Assembly (NCBI GenBank): GCA_030040595.1
Contig: JASHTL010000029.1
Location: 1 to 40,907, forward strand
DNA length: 40,907 nucleotides
From: Candidatus Micrarchaeota archaeon
Lineage (GTDB): Archaea > Micrarchaeota > Micrarchaeia > Micrarchaeales > CABMGC01
Reading direction: 5' to 3'
In this document: piece by piece, positions 1 to 6,600 of the stretch
Position numbering within the stretch: the first letter of the stretch is position 1
Layout: each line of letters opens with the position of its first letter
Position numbers and translations under genes: made by a program
The notes under the pieces: model-generated
The model's database searches: none
Told to the model about the DNA's origin: nothing
What the model saw: only the letters and a program-made list of their open reading frames with translations

Positions 1-24
1 GAGAGTGGAAAAAGATAGCTTAAA

Positions 25-444
25 TTGTTGATATTTATGATAGCGCCAAGAAACTCCTTGTTGGATGGAACCAGGCCGACGATAAAAGGCCTCAGGAGAG
101 AGCTTGCTGGGGAAACTTTGGACATTGGCGCATTTACTCGCACGTATGCGCTGGATAAGCTTACAGCTGCGGGTCAGGAACTAGCTTTGGCAAGAGATAT
201 ATCAAGATCTGCGCGGGTTTCAGAACAAGATACACCGGGGATAAGACGCCAGGCAAGCTCGCTGTTGAAAAATTCTGCAGGAAGGTATAACGCTGCAGCG
301 AGGGATCTTGTTGCCGTTGGCGACGTACTCAGCGATGACGGTGCACACAGGTATAACGGAGTCCTCTCGAAAACGACACTGCGGCTTAGGAACGCAGCAA
401 AAGCACAGATGGAACGTGCTAAACGAATTACAGAACCAGTGTAA
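25..444 (+). CDS. hypothetical protein (Arg/Ala-rich); start uncertain (TTG 25 or ATG 37)
   Basis: Only long ORF in this stretch. It ends 20 nt before rpoN. It sits where rps9 normally precedes rpoN in archaea but has no S9-like C-terminal basic signature. No motif recognised. Confidence 0.35.
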   Translation: MLIFMIAPRNSLLDGTRPTIKGLRRELAGETLDIGAFTRTYALDKLTAAGQELALARDISRSARVSEQDTPGIRRQASSLLKNSAGRYNAAARDLVAVGDVLSDDGAHRYNGVLSKTTLRLRNAAKAQMERAKRITEPV

Positions 445-463
445 TGATTAATTTGTGATAACC

Positions 464-664
464 ATGATGATTCCGATAAGGTGTTTCTCGTGCGGGCAGG
501 TCGTTGCTGACAAATGGGAGGAGTACAACAAGCGCGTGAACGTGGACCACGAGCCTGCGGAGAAGGTGCTTGAGGACCTCGAGGTAAAGAGGTACTGCTG
601 CAGACGCATGCTGCTCGGAAACATAGACCTTATCGATGATATAATCAATTACAGCAGGAAGTAG
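464..664 (+). CDS. rpoN: DNA-directed RNA polymerase subunit N (Rpo10/RpoN)
   Basis: Translation MMIPIRCFSCGQVVADKWEEY...RYCCRRML carries the canonical Rpb10/RpoN zinc-bundle signature (CFSCG ... CC). The track ORF starts at GTG 455, but ATG 464/467 gives the conserved MIPIRCFSCG N-terminus. Confidence 0.9.
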   Translation: MMIPIRCFSCGQVVADKWEEYNKRVNVDHEPAEKVLEDLEVKRYCCRRMLLGNIDLIDDIINYSRK

Positions 665-671
665 CACAAAG

Positions 672-679
672 TATAAAAG
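672..679 (+). promoter_or_regulatory. TATA box (TATAAAAG) for the tRNA gene
   Basis: gTATAAAAGg is centred about 29 nt upstream of the first tRNA nucleotide (704), which fits archaeal TATA-to-TSS spacing. Confidence 0.5.
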
Positions 680-703
680 GAAAGGATTCCAAGCAATAAG
701 TGC

Positions 704-798
704 GGGGTCGTCTGCTAGCTTGGTTAGGCTTTGTGCTTAGGGAGCATAAGACCCGCGTTCAAAATAAGCGAACGCTTGTGAAAATCGCGGCGACCCCG
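704..798 (+). tRNA. tRNA-Pro, nominal anticodon AGG, intron-containing (mature 74 nt, no encoded CCA)
   Basis: Hand fold. Acceptor 704-710/791-797 has 7 Watson-Crick bp. U8 is 711. D-arm is 713-716/727-730 with loop AGCTTGGTTA (A14, G18G19, A21). Anticodon stem is 732-736/744-748, with loop TTAGGGA (U33, A34 G35 G36, G37). Variable loop is AGAC. T-stem CCGCG/CGCGG is 753-757/786-790. After removing 764-784 the T-loop reads TTCAAAT. Discriminator is G798. Confidence 0.8.
764..784 (+). other. 21-nt tRNA intron at non-canonical position 59/60 (T-loop) with BHB splicing motif
   Basis: The T-stem forms the outer helix. The 3' bulge is AAT (783-785). The 4-bp central helix is TTCA (758-761) / TGAA (779-782). 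The 5' bulge is AAA (762-764). The inner helix is 765-769/774-778 with loop GAAC. Cleavage after the 2nd nt of each bulge restores a 7-nt T-loop. Confidence 0.7.
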
Positions 799-812
799 AA
801 TTCAGTGAGAAA

Positions 813-1295
813 ATGCACGGATCAAGGCGTGTTGAGGATATAAGGACCCGCGTGTTCGGCGATTATGATATCAGAGATTCCGCTGCAAGAAGACTTGGCG
901 ACCAGCGCGGTACGGTCGTCCCGATCAACGGCAAGGCTACCAGATCAAAGGAGCAGGAAGCTGATGACGCAGAGATGGAATTGAGGATTGACAGAAGGGC
1001 ATTAGGTAAGGACGCGATTGAGAACCCGGAATTCAGGGCTCGCGTAGTAACTGTGGGAAGAATGTACCTGGAGGCAGCAGAAGAGCTCCGTTCCTCGCCG
1101 CATGCTGAAGAACGCGAGAAGGAACCTAGACCGGTCCTGAAGTCGTTGGCCCTGTTTCGCAACTTTGGCCTGATGCCAAAAACCGATGAGGAGCAAGGCC
1201 TGCTCGGACGCATAGATGAGAGCGCCAACAGGCTCGAGATAGAGATAGATCAGAGAAGGCGCGGCACGCGTCTTGAACTTGAAAGGAGAACATGA
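813..1295 (+). CDS. hypothetical protein (highly charged, Arg/Glu-rich, 160 aa)
   Basis: ATG lies 15 nt after the tRNA 3' end. It occupies the slot where rpoK/eno usually lie between rpoN and rps2. No recognisable motif. The antisense ORFs look like shadow frames. Confidence 0.45.
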   Translation: MHGSRRVEDIRTRVFGDYDIRDSAARRLGDQRGTVVPINGKATRSKEQEADDAEMELRIDRRALGKDAIENPEFRARVVTVGRMYLEAAEELRSSPHAEEREKEPRPVLKSLALFRNFGLMPKTDEEQGLLGRIDESANRLEIEIDQRRRGTRLELERRT

Positions 1296-1319
1296 TATTC
1301 AGAATGATTGGTTTTTTCT

Positions 1320-1943
1320 ATGGAAGGAGATGAACAGTTGCTAATTGACCAGGCGGTGTACCTCGAAGCTGGGGTGCACATAGGCACTAAGATAACGACA
1401 CCGGGAATGCGCAGATTCGTCTACAAGATACGCGAGGACGGCCTCTTCCTGCTCAACCTTAGCACCATAAACGAGCGCGTAGGGCTTGCGGCGAAGATGC
1501 TTTCTCGTTTCGAGCCTTCGCAGATTGTTGTGACAGCTTCGAGGATCTACGCAATATCTGCAGCAACGAAGTTTGCCGAGGTCACGGGCTCAAAGCTCAT
1601 TTCCGGAAGGGTCATGCCGGGGATCTTCACCAACCCAAGGAGAAGCGACTATTCGGAGCCGGGGATAATACTGGTTAGCGACACGCGCAACGAACGCCAG
1701 GCGATAAGGGAAGCGAGCAAGACGAGCATACCCACAGTGGCGCTCTGCGATACAGACAACCTGATCAAGTACGTTGATTTCATCATACCGTGCAACAACA
1801 AGGGCAGGCGTTCGCTCGCTCTTGTCTATTTCCTGCTTGCAAGGGAATTCCAGAGGGAGAAAGGTTTAATAAAGAACAACGAGGAATTCAACTACAAGAT
1901 CTCCGACTTCGAGGCAAAACTGGAGATGAAAGCTGGTCAATGA
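1320..1943 (+). CDS. rps2: 30S ribosomal protein S2 (uS2, archaeal/eukaryotic SA type)
   Basis: LLIDQAVYLEAGVHIGTK...FVYKIREDGLFLLNL...ILVSDTRNERQAIREA...IPTVALCDTDN is a typical uS2 core. ATG 1320 is preferred over TTG 1308. Confidence 0.9.
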   Translation: MEGDEQLLIDQAVYLEAGVHIGTKITTPGMRRFVYKIREDGLFLLNLSTINERVGLAAKMLSRFEPSQIVVTASRIYAISAATKFAEVTGSKLISGRVMPGIFTNPRRSDYSEPGIILVSDTRNERQAIREASKTSIPTVALCDTDNLIKYVDFIIPCNNKGRRSLALVYFLLAREFQREKGLIKNNEEFNYKISDFEAKLEMKAGQ

Positions 1944-2479
1944 TGAATAAGCAGGCCGGAAACGCCAGGGCACAGGCAGCGATGGACTTCCTGATCTCCT
2001 ACGGCATAGTGCTTATAGTGCTTGCCATAACAGTCGTGCTCCTCTACGAACTGGCGATAAACAACTCGTACACAGAGGCTCCGTACTGCACCCCTTCACC
2101 GGGATTCTCATGCGGCGCGTTCTCGATAAACTCGATATCCGGCGTGCTCACCATACAGCTTGCGCAGGCGACTGGAGCAGAGGTCACGATCGGAGGCATC
2201 GCATGCTCAGCTGACATCAACGCAAGCGGTGACGCCCCCGGAGACGGAAACATTTACGTTACTCCCAATTCCATATACTACCCGGCGAGCGGACCTCCAG
2301 CCAATACGCTCTACAGCGGGAAGTCAGCCGTCTATTCTGTATACTGCTACAACAGCGGAGGAGTGGCAACCGGGTCGCTTGGAAGCGGATTTATAGGATA
2401 TGTCTGGCTCAACTACACGGTACCCGGATACGGGCAGCAGACACAGCAAGTTGCCTCGATAAACGCAAAGTACACATGA
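1940..2479 (+). CDS. type IV pilin-like protein with class III signal peptide
   Basis: N-terminus is MMNKQAGNARAQAAMDFLISYGIVLIVLAITVVLLYEL: a short basic leader, then RAQ, then a hydrophobic helix as in archaeal prepilin substrates. The remainder is Ser/Gly/Tyr-rich and looks extracellular. The start ATG overlaps the rps2 stop (caATGAtg). The 1790-1939 part of the track ORF is an out-of-frame overlap with rps2. Confidence 0.7.
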   Translation: MMNKQAGNARAQAAMDFLISYGIVLIVLAITVVLLYELAINNSYTEAPYCTPSPGFSCGAFSINSISGVLTIQLAQATGAEVTIGGIACSADINASGDAPGDGNIYVTPNSIYYPASGPPANTLYSGKSAVYSVYCYNSGGVATGSLGSGFIGYVWLNYTVPGYGQQTQQVASINAKYT

Positions 2480-2511
2480 GCCGATTGCGCAGACCACTGA
2501 CAGTGCCCCAC

Positions 2512-2546
2512 AAAGGCCCGTGATTCTATGACCGCGTAGGGCCTTT
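2512..2546. terminator. inverted repeat AAAGGCCC-N19-GGGCCTTT between convergent genes
   Basis: 8-bp perfect arms at 2512-2519 and 2539-2546. It spans the stop of the minus-strand protease gene. No oligo-T tract, so a terminator function is speculative. Confidence 0.2.
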
Positions 2547-3620
2547 AGGGTTCTGCAGGTCCTTCTGCTTGTTTCTCCTAAGTGTCAACAGTATTATTTC
2601 CAGGGTGATTAGGGATATGGCCACAAAGATGAGCGAAACGCCGATAGTGGCCTTACCTGTCACGAAGAGCGCAACTGCCAGCGCAAGGTTCATGAATGCG
2701 AAGAGCGGCGGAATGGCAGGCAGAGGCACCTTATACTTATCCAAAAGCGACATCGTTGCTATCAGGCCTATGCACGAGCCCAGGACTATCATCACAGGTA
2801 TGAATATGCTTGAGAAGCTTATGTAAGTGCCGACCACGAGCATGAGAGGCAATGCCAGGTCTCCTCCGCCAAGTGCCACCTGCGACACAGACGGGTATGC
2901 TCCTTCGTCTATCATCCTGCGTATCGTCGGATCCTTTGGCTTGTTCTTCTTCAAGGCCTGGTTTATCTCGCGCCTGTCATCGTCGCTAAGCATCGATCCC
3001 GGGGTCATCTCGACATCCGAAGAGCCTATCAGGAATGCGAGGTTCCGTTCTGCCATGGCGCGCGCCATCACCTGCATGTGCTTTGTAACGAAGACAGCGA
3101 TGTAGTCGTACACCGCTATTATCATAAGCAGCAGGTACGCAATCGCGAAGCCGTTGAAGCCTATAACCACGCCTATGCCCATGCTGGCAACGACAGTGGC
3201 GAAGTTCCTGAGTTTCGGCCATTTGTTCTTCGCCAGGACCAGCGCTGCAGCGATAATAATTCCGGCTGCAACCGCCTGTACTATGGTAGCGTTAGGAAAG
3301 ATGTCTCCGGTAAGGTAGAGTCCAATGAAGAATGTGGGCAGGCCTATCGCGTATGCTTCCAGCAACCTGAACATCAGTGAGCCTTTGTATGTCCGAAACA
3401 GGAAGATAAGCACGATCGCTGCTATTGCTATGGCGAACACCACGTAAAGAATGAATATGGCGCTCGTCGCTGGTTGCGCCGATTGTGTTGTCTGCGCGAC
3501 TAGGGCGCTTATCTCGTTAGGTGGTATAGTATATAGGGCAAAGAGCAGGCCCCCAAACTGGACTATCAGGAAGAGCGCGAGTATATTCGCAAGCTGGCGC
3601 TTCTCTATTTTTCTCTCCAT
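2526..3620 (-). CDS. presenilin/signal-peptide-peptidase-like intramembrane aspartyl protease (A22, DUF1119-type)
   Basis: Polytopic membrane protein with AVYDYIAVFVTKHM (YD motif), LGGGDLALPLML (GxGD motif) and LPAIPPL (PAL-like). Start trimmed to MERKIEKRQ (ATG at 3620). Confidence 0.75.
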   Translation of the reverse strand: MERKIEKRQLANILALFLIVQFGGLLFALYTIPPNEISALVAQTTQSAQPATSAIFILYVVFAIAIAAIVLIFLFRTYKGSLMFRLLEAYAIGLPTFFIGLYLTGDIFPNATIVQAVAAGIIIAAALVLAKNKWPKLRNFATVVASMGIGVVIGFNGFAIAYLLLMIIAVYDYIAVFVTKHMQVMARAMAERNLAFLIGSSDVEMTPGSMLSDDDRREINQALKKNKPKDPTIRRMIDEGAYPSVSQVALGGGDLALPLMLVVGTYISFSSIFIPVMIVLGSCIGLIATMSLLDKYKVPLPAIPPLFAFMNLALAVALFVTGKATIGVSLIFVAISLITLEIILLTLRRNKQKDLQNPKGPTRS

Positions 3621-3740
3621 CAGTAGATGAATTAGATTGCAAAGTTTAAATAGTGCAACCAATGCATGAGGCCTCATTTTGACAGACTGCAACGTTATCT
3701 TACTGATGCAGAGGTGAACAATTAATTTGTTTAACCGATT

Positions 3741-3777
3741 ATTAAACTTATTAAACTAATAGTTAAATTTATATATA
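3741..3777 (+). promoter_or_regulatory. vapBC promoter region: tandem ATTAAACT repeats plus TATA-like TTTATATATA
   Basis: ATTAAACT occurs at 3741-3748 and 3750-3757, with a degenerate third copy AGTTAAAT. TTTATATATA at 3768-3777 lies about 25 nt upstream of ATG 3799. Confidence 0.35.
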
Positions 3778-3798
3778 TGTTGTAACAGAGTATTTATT

Positions 3799-3999
3799 AT
3801 GGAAGAGGCATTGGCAAAAGCAAGAAAACTTGGAGGCTCTATTATCGTCACCATACCAAAAGAAATCGTTGACGAGGAGGGTATAAGAAATGGAGAGACG
3901 GTAAGAATTGCTGTGGAAAAGATCAAGAAAAGTGGTTTCGGAGCCTTTAAAGGTATAGGTCCGTTCACTAAGGAGGATGAGTTTGACGAGCACAAGTAG
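3799..3999 (+). CDS. vapB: AbrB/SpoVT-family antitoxin (VapB-like)
   Basis: 66 aa. GGSIIVTIPKEIVDEEGIRNGETVRIAV is the swapped-hairpin AbrB/MazE-type signature. It overlaps the downstream PIN gene by 23 nt. Confidence 0.75.
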   Translation: MEEALAKARKLGGSIIVTIPKEIVDEEGIRNGETVRIAVEKIKKSGFGAFKGIGPFTKEDEFDEHK

Positions 4000-4381
4000 T
4001 AAAAGATATGTCATAGACTCATGGGCATGGATAGCATATTTTGATGGTACGCGAGCAGGAAAACGTGTTGATGAGATAACTCTTAATTCCGAGGCATTTA
4101 GCAGTGCAGTAACGGTTGCAGAGGTATTATCCAAATCGGAAAGGCAAGGAAAGGATACGGAAAAGATATTCAACTTCATCGCATCATTGTCTAAGATAAT
4201 TAATGTTGATGCAGATCTGGCTCGCTCAGCCGGATCGTTACATGCGAAAATCAAGAAAGATGTTCCAAACTTCAGCCTTGCCGATGCGTTTGCGCTTCAG
4301 GCTGCAAGGAGCGTAGGTGCGAAGGTACTCACAGGCGATCCCGATTTTAAAGGCATAAAAGATGCAGAATTCCTGGAGTAA
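3977..4381 (+). CDS. vapC: PIN-domain ribonuclease toxin (VapC)
   Basis: YVIDSWAWIAYF (N-terminal Asp), SAVTVAEV, SLADAFALQAA, VLTGDPDF together form the PIN acidic quartet pattern. AGGAGG lies upstream of ATG 3977. Confidence 0.8.
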   Translation: MSLTSTSSKRYVIDSWAWIAYFDGTRAGKRVDEITLNSEAFSSAVTVAEVLSKSERQGKDTEKIFNFIASLSKIINVDADLARSAGSLHAKIKKDVPNFSLADAFALQAARSVGAKVLTGDPDFKGIKDAEFLE

Positions 4382-4403
4382 TTAACGTAGTTTCTGGAGA
4401 GGA

Positions 4404-6482
4404 TTATCCTTCGTCCCTTCTGACCAGCTTTAATACTCCGGCCTTTGGCGCGTATACTTCACCGGTCCTCTCCAGTTCGTCAAGGTACTTCTTCGCAGTG
4501 GCCCTGTCCATGCTGGCCTTCTCCGCTTCATCGAGTATCCTGGCTATCTTCGCCTCTCCTTCCTCAGACTCCAGCTTCTTGACTATCTCGAGCAGCGAGG
4601 TGATTCTCGTAACCTTCTCGTGCGACATTCCAGTTGTTAGTATATCTATGTCCGTCCTGCCTCCCCTGTCAACCGCAAGAGTCCTGAGCATGTAGTCGAA
4701 CAGCGAGATTCCTAGATCCGCGTCCCTGAGCTCTATCTTAGGTGCGAGTCTTGATTTCGCGCTGGCCTCTGCAAGCCTGATCAGCCCTTCTATCTGCCTT
4801 GGTGTTATCGGAGTAACGCCCTGCTTCATTCCTATCTTCCTAAGGTTGAGGTAGAATTCCTCTATTCTCTTAGACGCCTCTGCTGTCAGAACAGGCTTGA
4901 TGTTCTTTCTTGCGTATGCCACATACTTCCTGAGTATTGCCTGGTCCAGTGGAGGAGCCTCCACCTGCTGGTACTCCTGCACCTGCGTGATCTTTGCTCC
5001 CGCAGCCTCGTGCTGCACCAGTATGTGCTGCGCTATTCTCCTGTCGAGCTCCTCGTCTATGTTGTCCCTAATTGGGAAGATCAGGTCGAACCTTGAGAGC
5101 AGAGCAGGTGGTATATCGAACTGTTCGGCAGGGAGTATCGTGCTCTCGAAACGGCCGAACCTGGGGTTTGCCGCAGCCAGCACTGATGCACGGGCGCTGA
5201 ACCTCGCCACTATTCCCGCCTTTGCCACGCTTATAGTCTGCGATTCCAGTGCCTCAAGCAGCGAGGACTTGTCGTCTTCTCCTATCTTGTCGAACTCGTC
5301 TATGGCGCATGACCCGCCTGAGGCAAGGACCAGTGCTCCGGCGCGCAGCGTCCATCCGCCTTCCGCAAACTCGTCCCGTTCTGCGCTTGCAGTGAGACCT
5401 GCTGAAGTGGTTGACTTGCCGCTTACGTATATTCCCTTCGGAACGATCATCGTTATAGCCTGGAGCAGCCTTGTCTTTGCGCTTCCGGGATCTCCTATGA
5501 GAAGTATGTGTATGTCGCTCCTTATCCTGCCGCCGTCAACGAGTGTCTTGTCAGGAGTGCCGCCGAAGAGTTCCAGCGCCAGCGCCTGCTTTATCTCGGG
5601 ATAGCCGTATATGGAAGGAGCTATAGACTTTGATATCTTCTCGAAAATGCGCGGATCCTTGGCCATTTCCGTTATTGTCTTCTCCTCCTCTTGCGTTATG
5701 TCTATCTCGGCGAACTCCTTCTGCTTCTGCTGGATTGACACTGCGTCGAAGAACATCGTGAACAGGGTCTTCTCCTCCTTGCCCCTGAAGCTGCGCCTTG
5801 GCCTTATGCGCAATATTCCAGTTATGTTCACCCTGTCACCAGGGGTTATGGTATTGACCATGTCGTCCTCAAGCCACACCTCAAGCTGCCATGTCGGCGT
5901 GCTTCCTTTCAGCTTCTCGAGCGGGTCCTGCACCGCTATCCTCTGCATGTTTACGAACTCGGACTCGTTGCTCAATTGCTTGAGCGAGCGCCTCTTGCAC
6001 TGCGGGCAGAGTTCGGGAGGCTCTTCGGTATCGAGCCTCAGTTTTGTAACGGCGTTGCAGAATGTGCACTTGAAGACGCCTATGCTGACCTTTGGGGTGA
6101 TCTCAGCCCTCTTTACGACAAGGGAATCGAGGGTGAGCAGCTTGCCTATGTACTCGGAGCCGACGTCCTGGATCATTGGAGTGTGTATGTCCACTCCGAA
6201 GAAGCGCGCGTGCACCGGATGCCTAGCCTCAGGATTGGGGTTTAGCCTTGCCAGCGCAGACCTCGCCAGCGGAATAACAGTATCCGGGTTCTCCAGCAGT
6301 TCGCCGGCAAGCTCTATGTCGAATCGCTCTAGGTTCTTCACGTCAAGGTCAAGGCTCCTTTTCTTTGGGTAGTTTACATAGAGGTCGTCGAGCTGGTCCT
6401 GGTAGTATGAATTGTAGAACTCGATGAATTTGTCCTCTATGATCTTGGCTTCCAGAGCATTGTCGTTGCTGTCTTCAGCCAT
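4404..6482 (-). CDS. mcm: minichromosome maintenance (MCM) replicative helicase
   Basis: Zn finger CTFCN...CPQCKR, Walker A GDPGSAKT, Walker B CAIDEFDK, arginine finger SRFDLIF, and a C-terminal winged-helix tail. Start trimmed to MAEDSND (ATG at 6482). No intein. Confidence 0.95.
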   Translation of the reverse strand: MAEDSNDNALEAKIIEDKFIEFYNSYYQDQLDDLYVNYPKKRSLDLDVKNLERFDIELAGELLENPDTVIPLARSALARLNPNPEARHPVHARFFGVDIHTPMIQDVGSEYIGKLLTLDSLVVKRAEITPKVSIGVFKCTFCNAVTKLRLDTEEPPELCPQCKRRSLKQLSNESEFVNMQRIAVQDPLEKLKGSTPTWQLEVWLEDDMVNTITPGDRVNITGILRIRPRRSFRGKEEKTLFTMFFDAVSIQQKQKEFAEIDITQEEEKTITEMAKDPRIFEKISKSIAPSIYGYPEIKQALALELFGGTPDKTLVDGGRIRSDIHILLIGDPGSAKTRLLQAITMIVPKGIYVSGKSTTSAGLTASAERDEFAEGGWTLRAGALVLASGGSCAIDEFDKIGEDDKSSLLEALESQTISVAKAGIVARFSARASVLAAANPRFGRFESTILPAEQFDIPPALLSRFDLIFPIRDNIDEELDRRIAQHILVQHEAAGAKITQVQEYQQVEAPPLDQAILRKYVAYARKNIKPVLTAEASKRIEEFYLNLRKIGMKQGVTPITPRQIEGLIRLAEASAKSRLAPKIELRDADLGISLFDYMLRTLAVDRGGRTDIDILTTGMSHEKVTRITSLLEIVKKLESEEGEAKIARILDEAEKASMDRATAKKYLDELERTGEVYAPKAGVLKLVRRDEG

Positions 6483-6600
6483 TATATCACCACCAGGAAA
6501 CAGACAGAGAAAATGGCATCTAAAGGAATAAAAAGGGGGATAAACTAAGTGAATAGTGGAATCGTGCCGGCAAGTGTTGGCCGGTTTATAAGGCTTTTGA

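Noticed and set aside
731-747. Alternative register giving a UAG (Leu) anticodon for the tRNA
   Set aside because: It leaves only 3 bp in the anticodon stem, disrupts the D-stem register, and there is no long variable arm as required for tRNA-Leu.
1790-1939. 5' extension of the pilin-like ORF overlapping rps2 out of frame
   Set aside because: The class III signal peptide begins at the MMNKQ start (1940). The extension overlaps well-supported rps2 coding sequence and reads as frame noise.
2512-2546. Hairpin as a rho-independent-style terminator
   Set aside because: It is kept only as a low-confidence feature. Archaeal termination relies on oligo-T tracts, which are absent, and the 3' arm lies within the coding sequence of the minus-strand gene.
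4498-6372. Long plus-strand ORFs (4498-4695, 4897-5604, 5611-6372, 5976-6245) antisense to mcm
   Set aside because: Their translations are Ser/Leu/Cys/Ala-rich low-complexity shadow frames. The opposite strand encodes an unmistakable MCM with all catalytic motifs.
6483-6600. Possible replication origin in the mcm/metG divergent spacer
   Set aside because: No ORB-like repeated elements or an extended AT-rich unwinding stretch were seen, only a short CCGGC...GCCGG hairpin. Archaeal origins normally neighbour orc1/cdc6, which is absent here.
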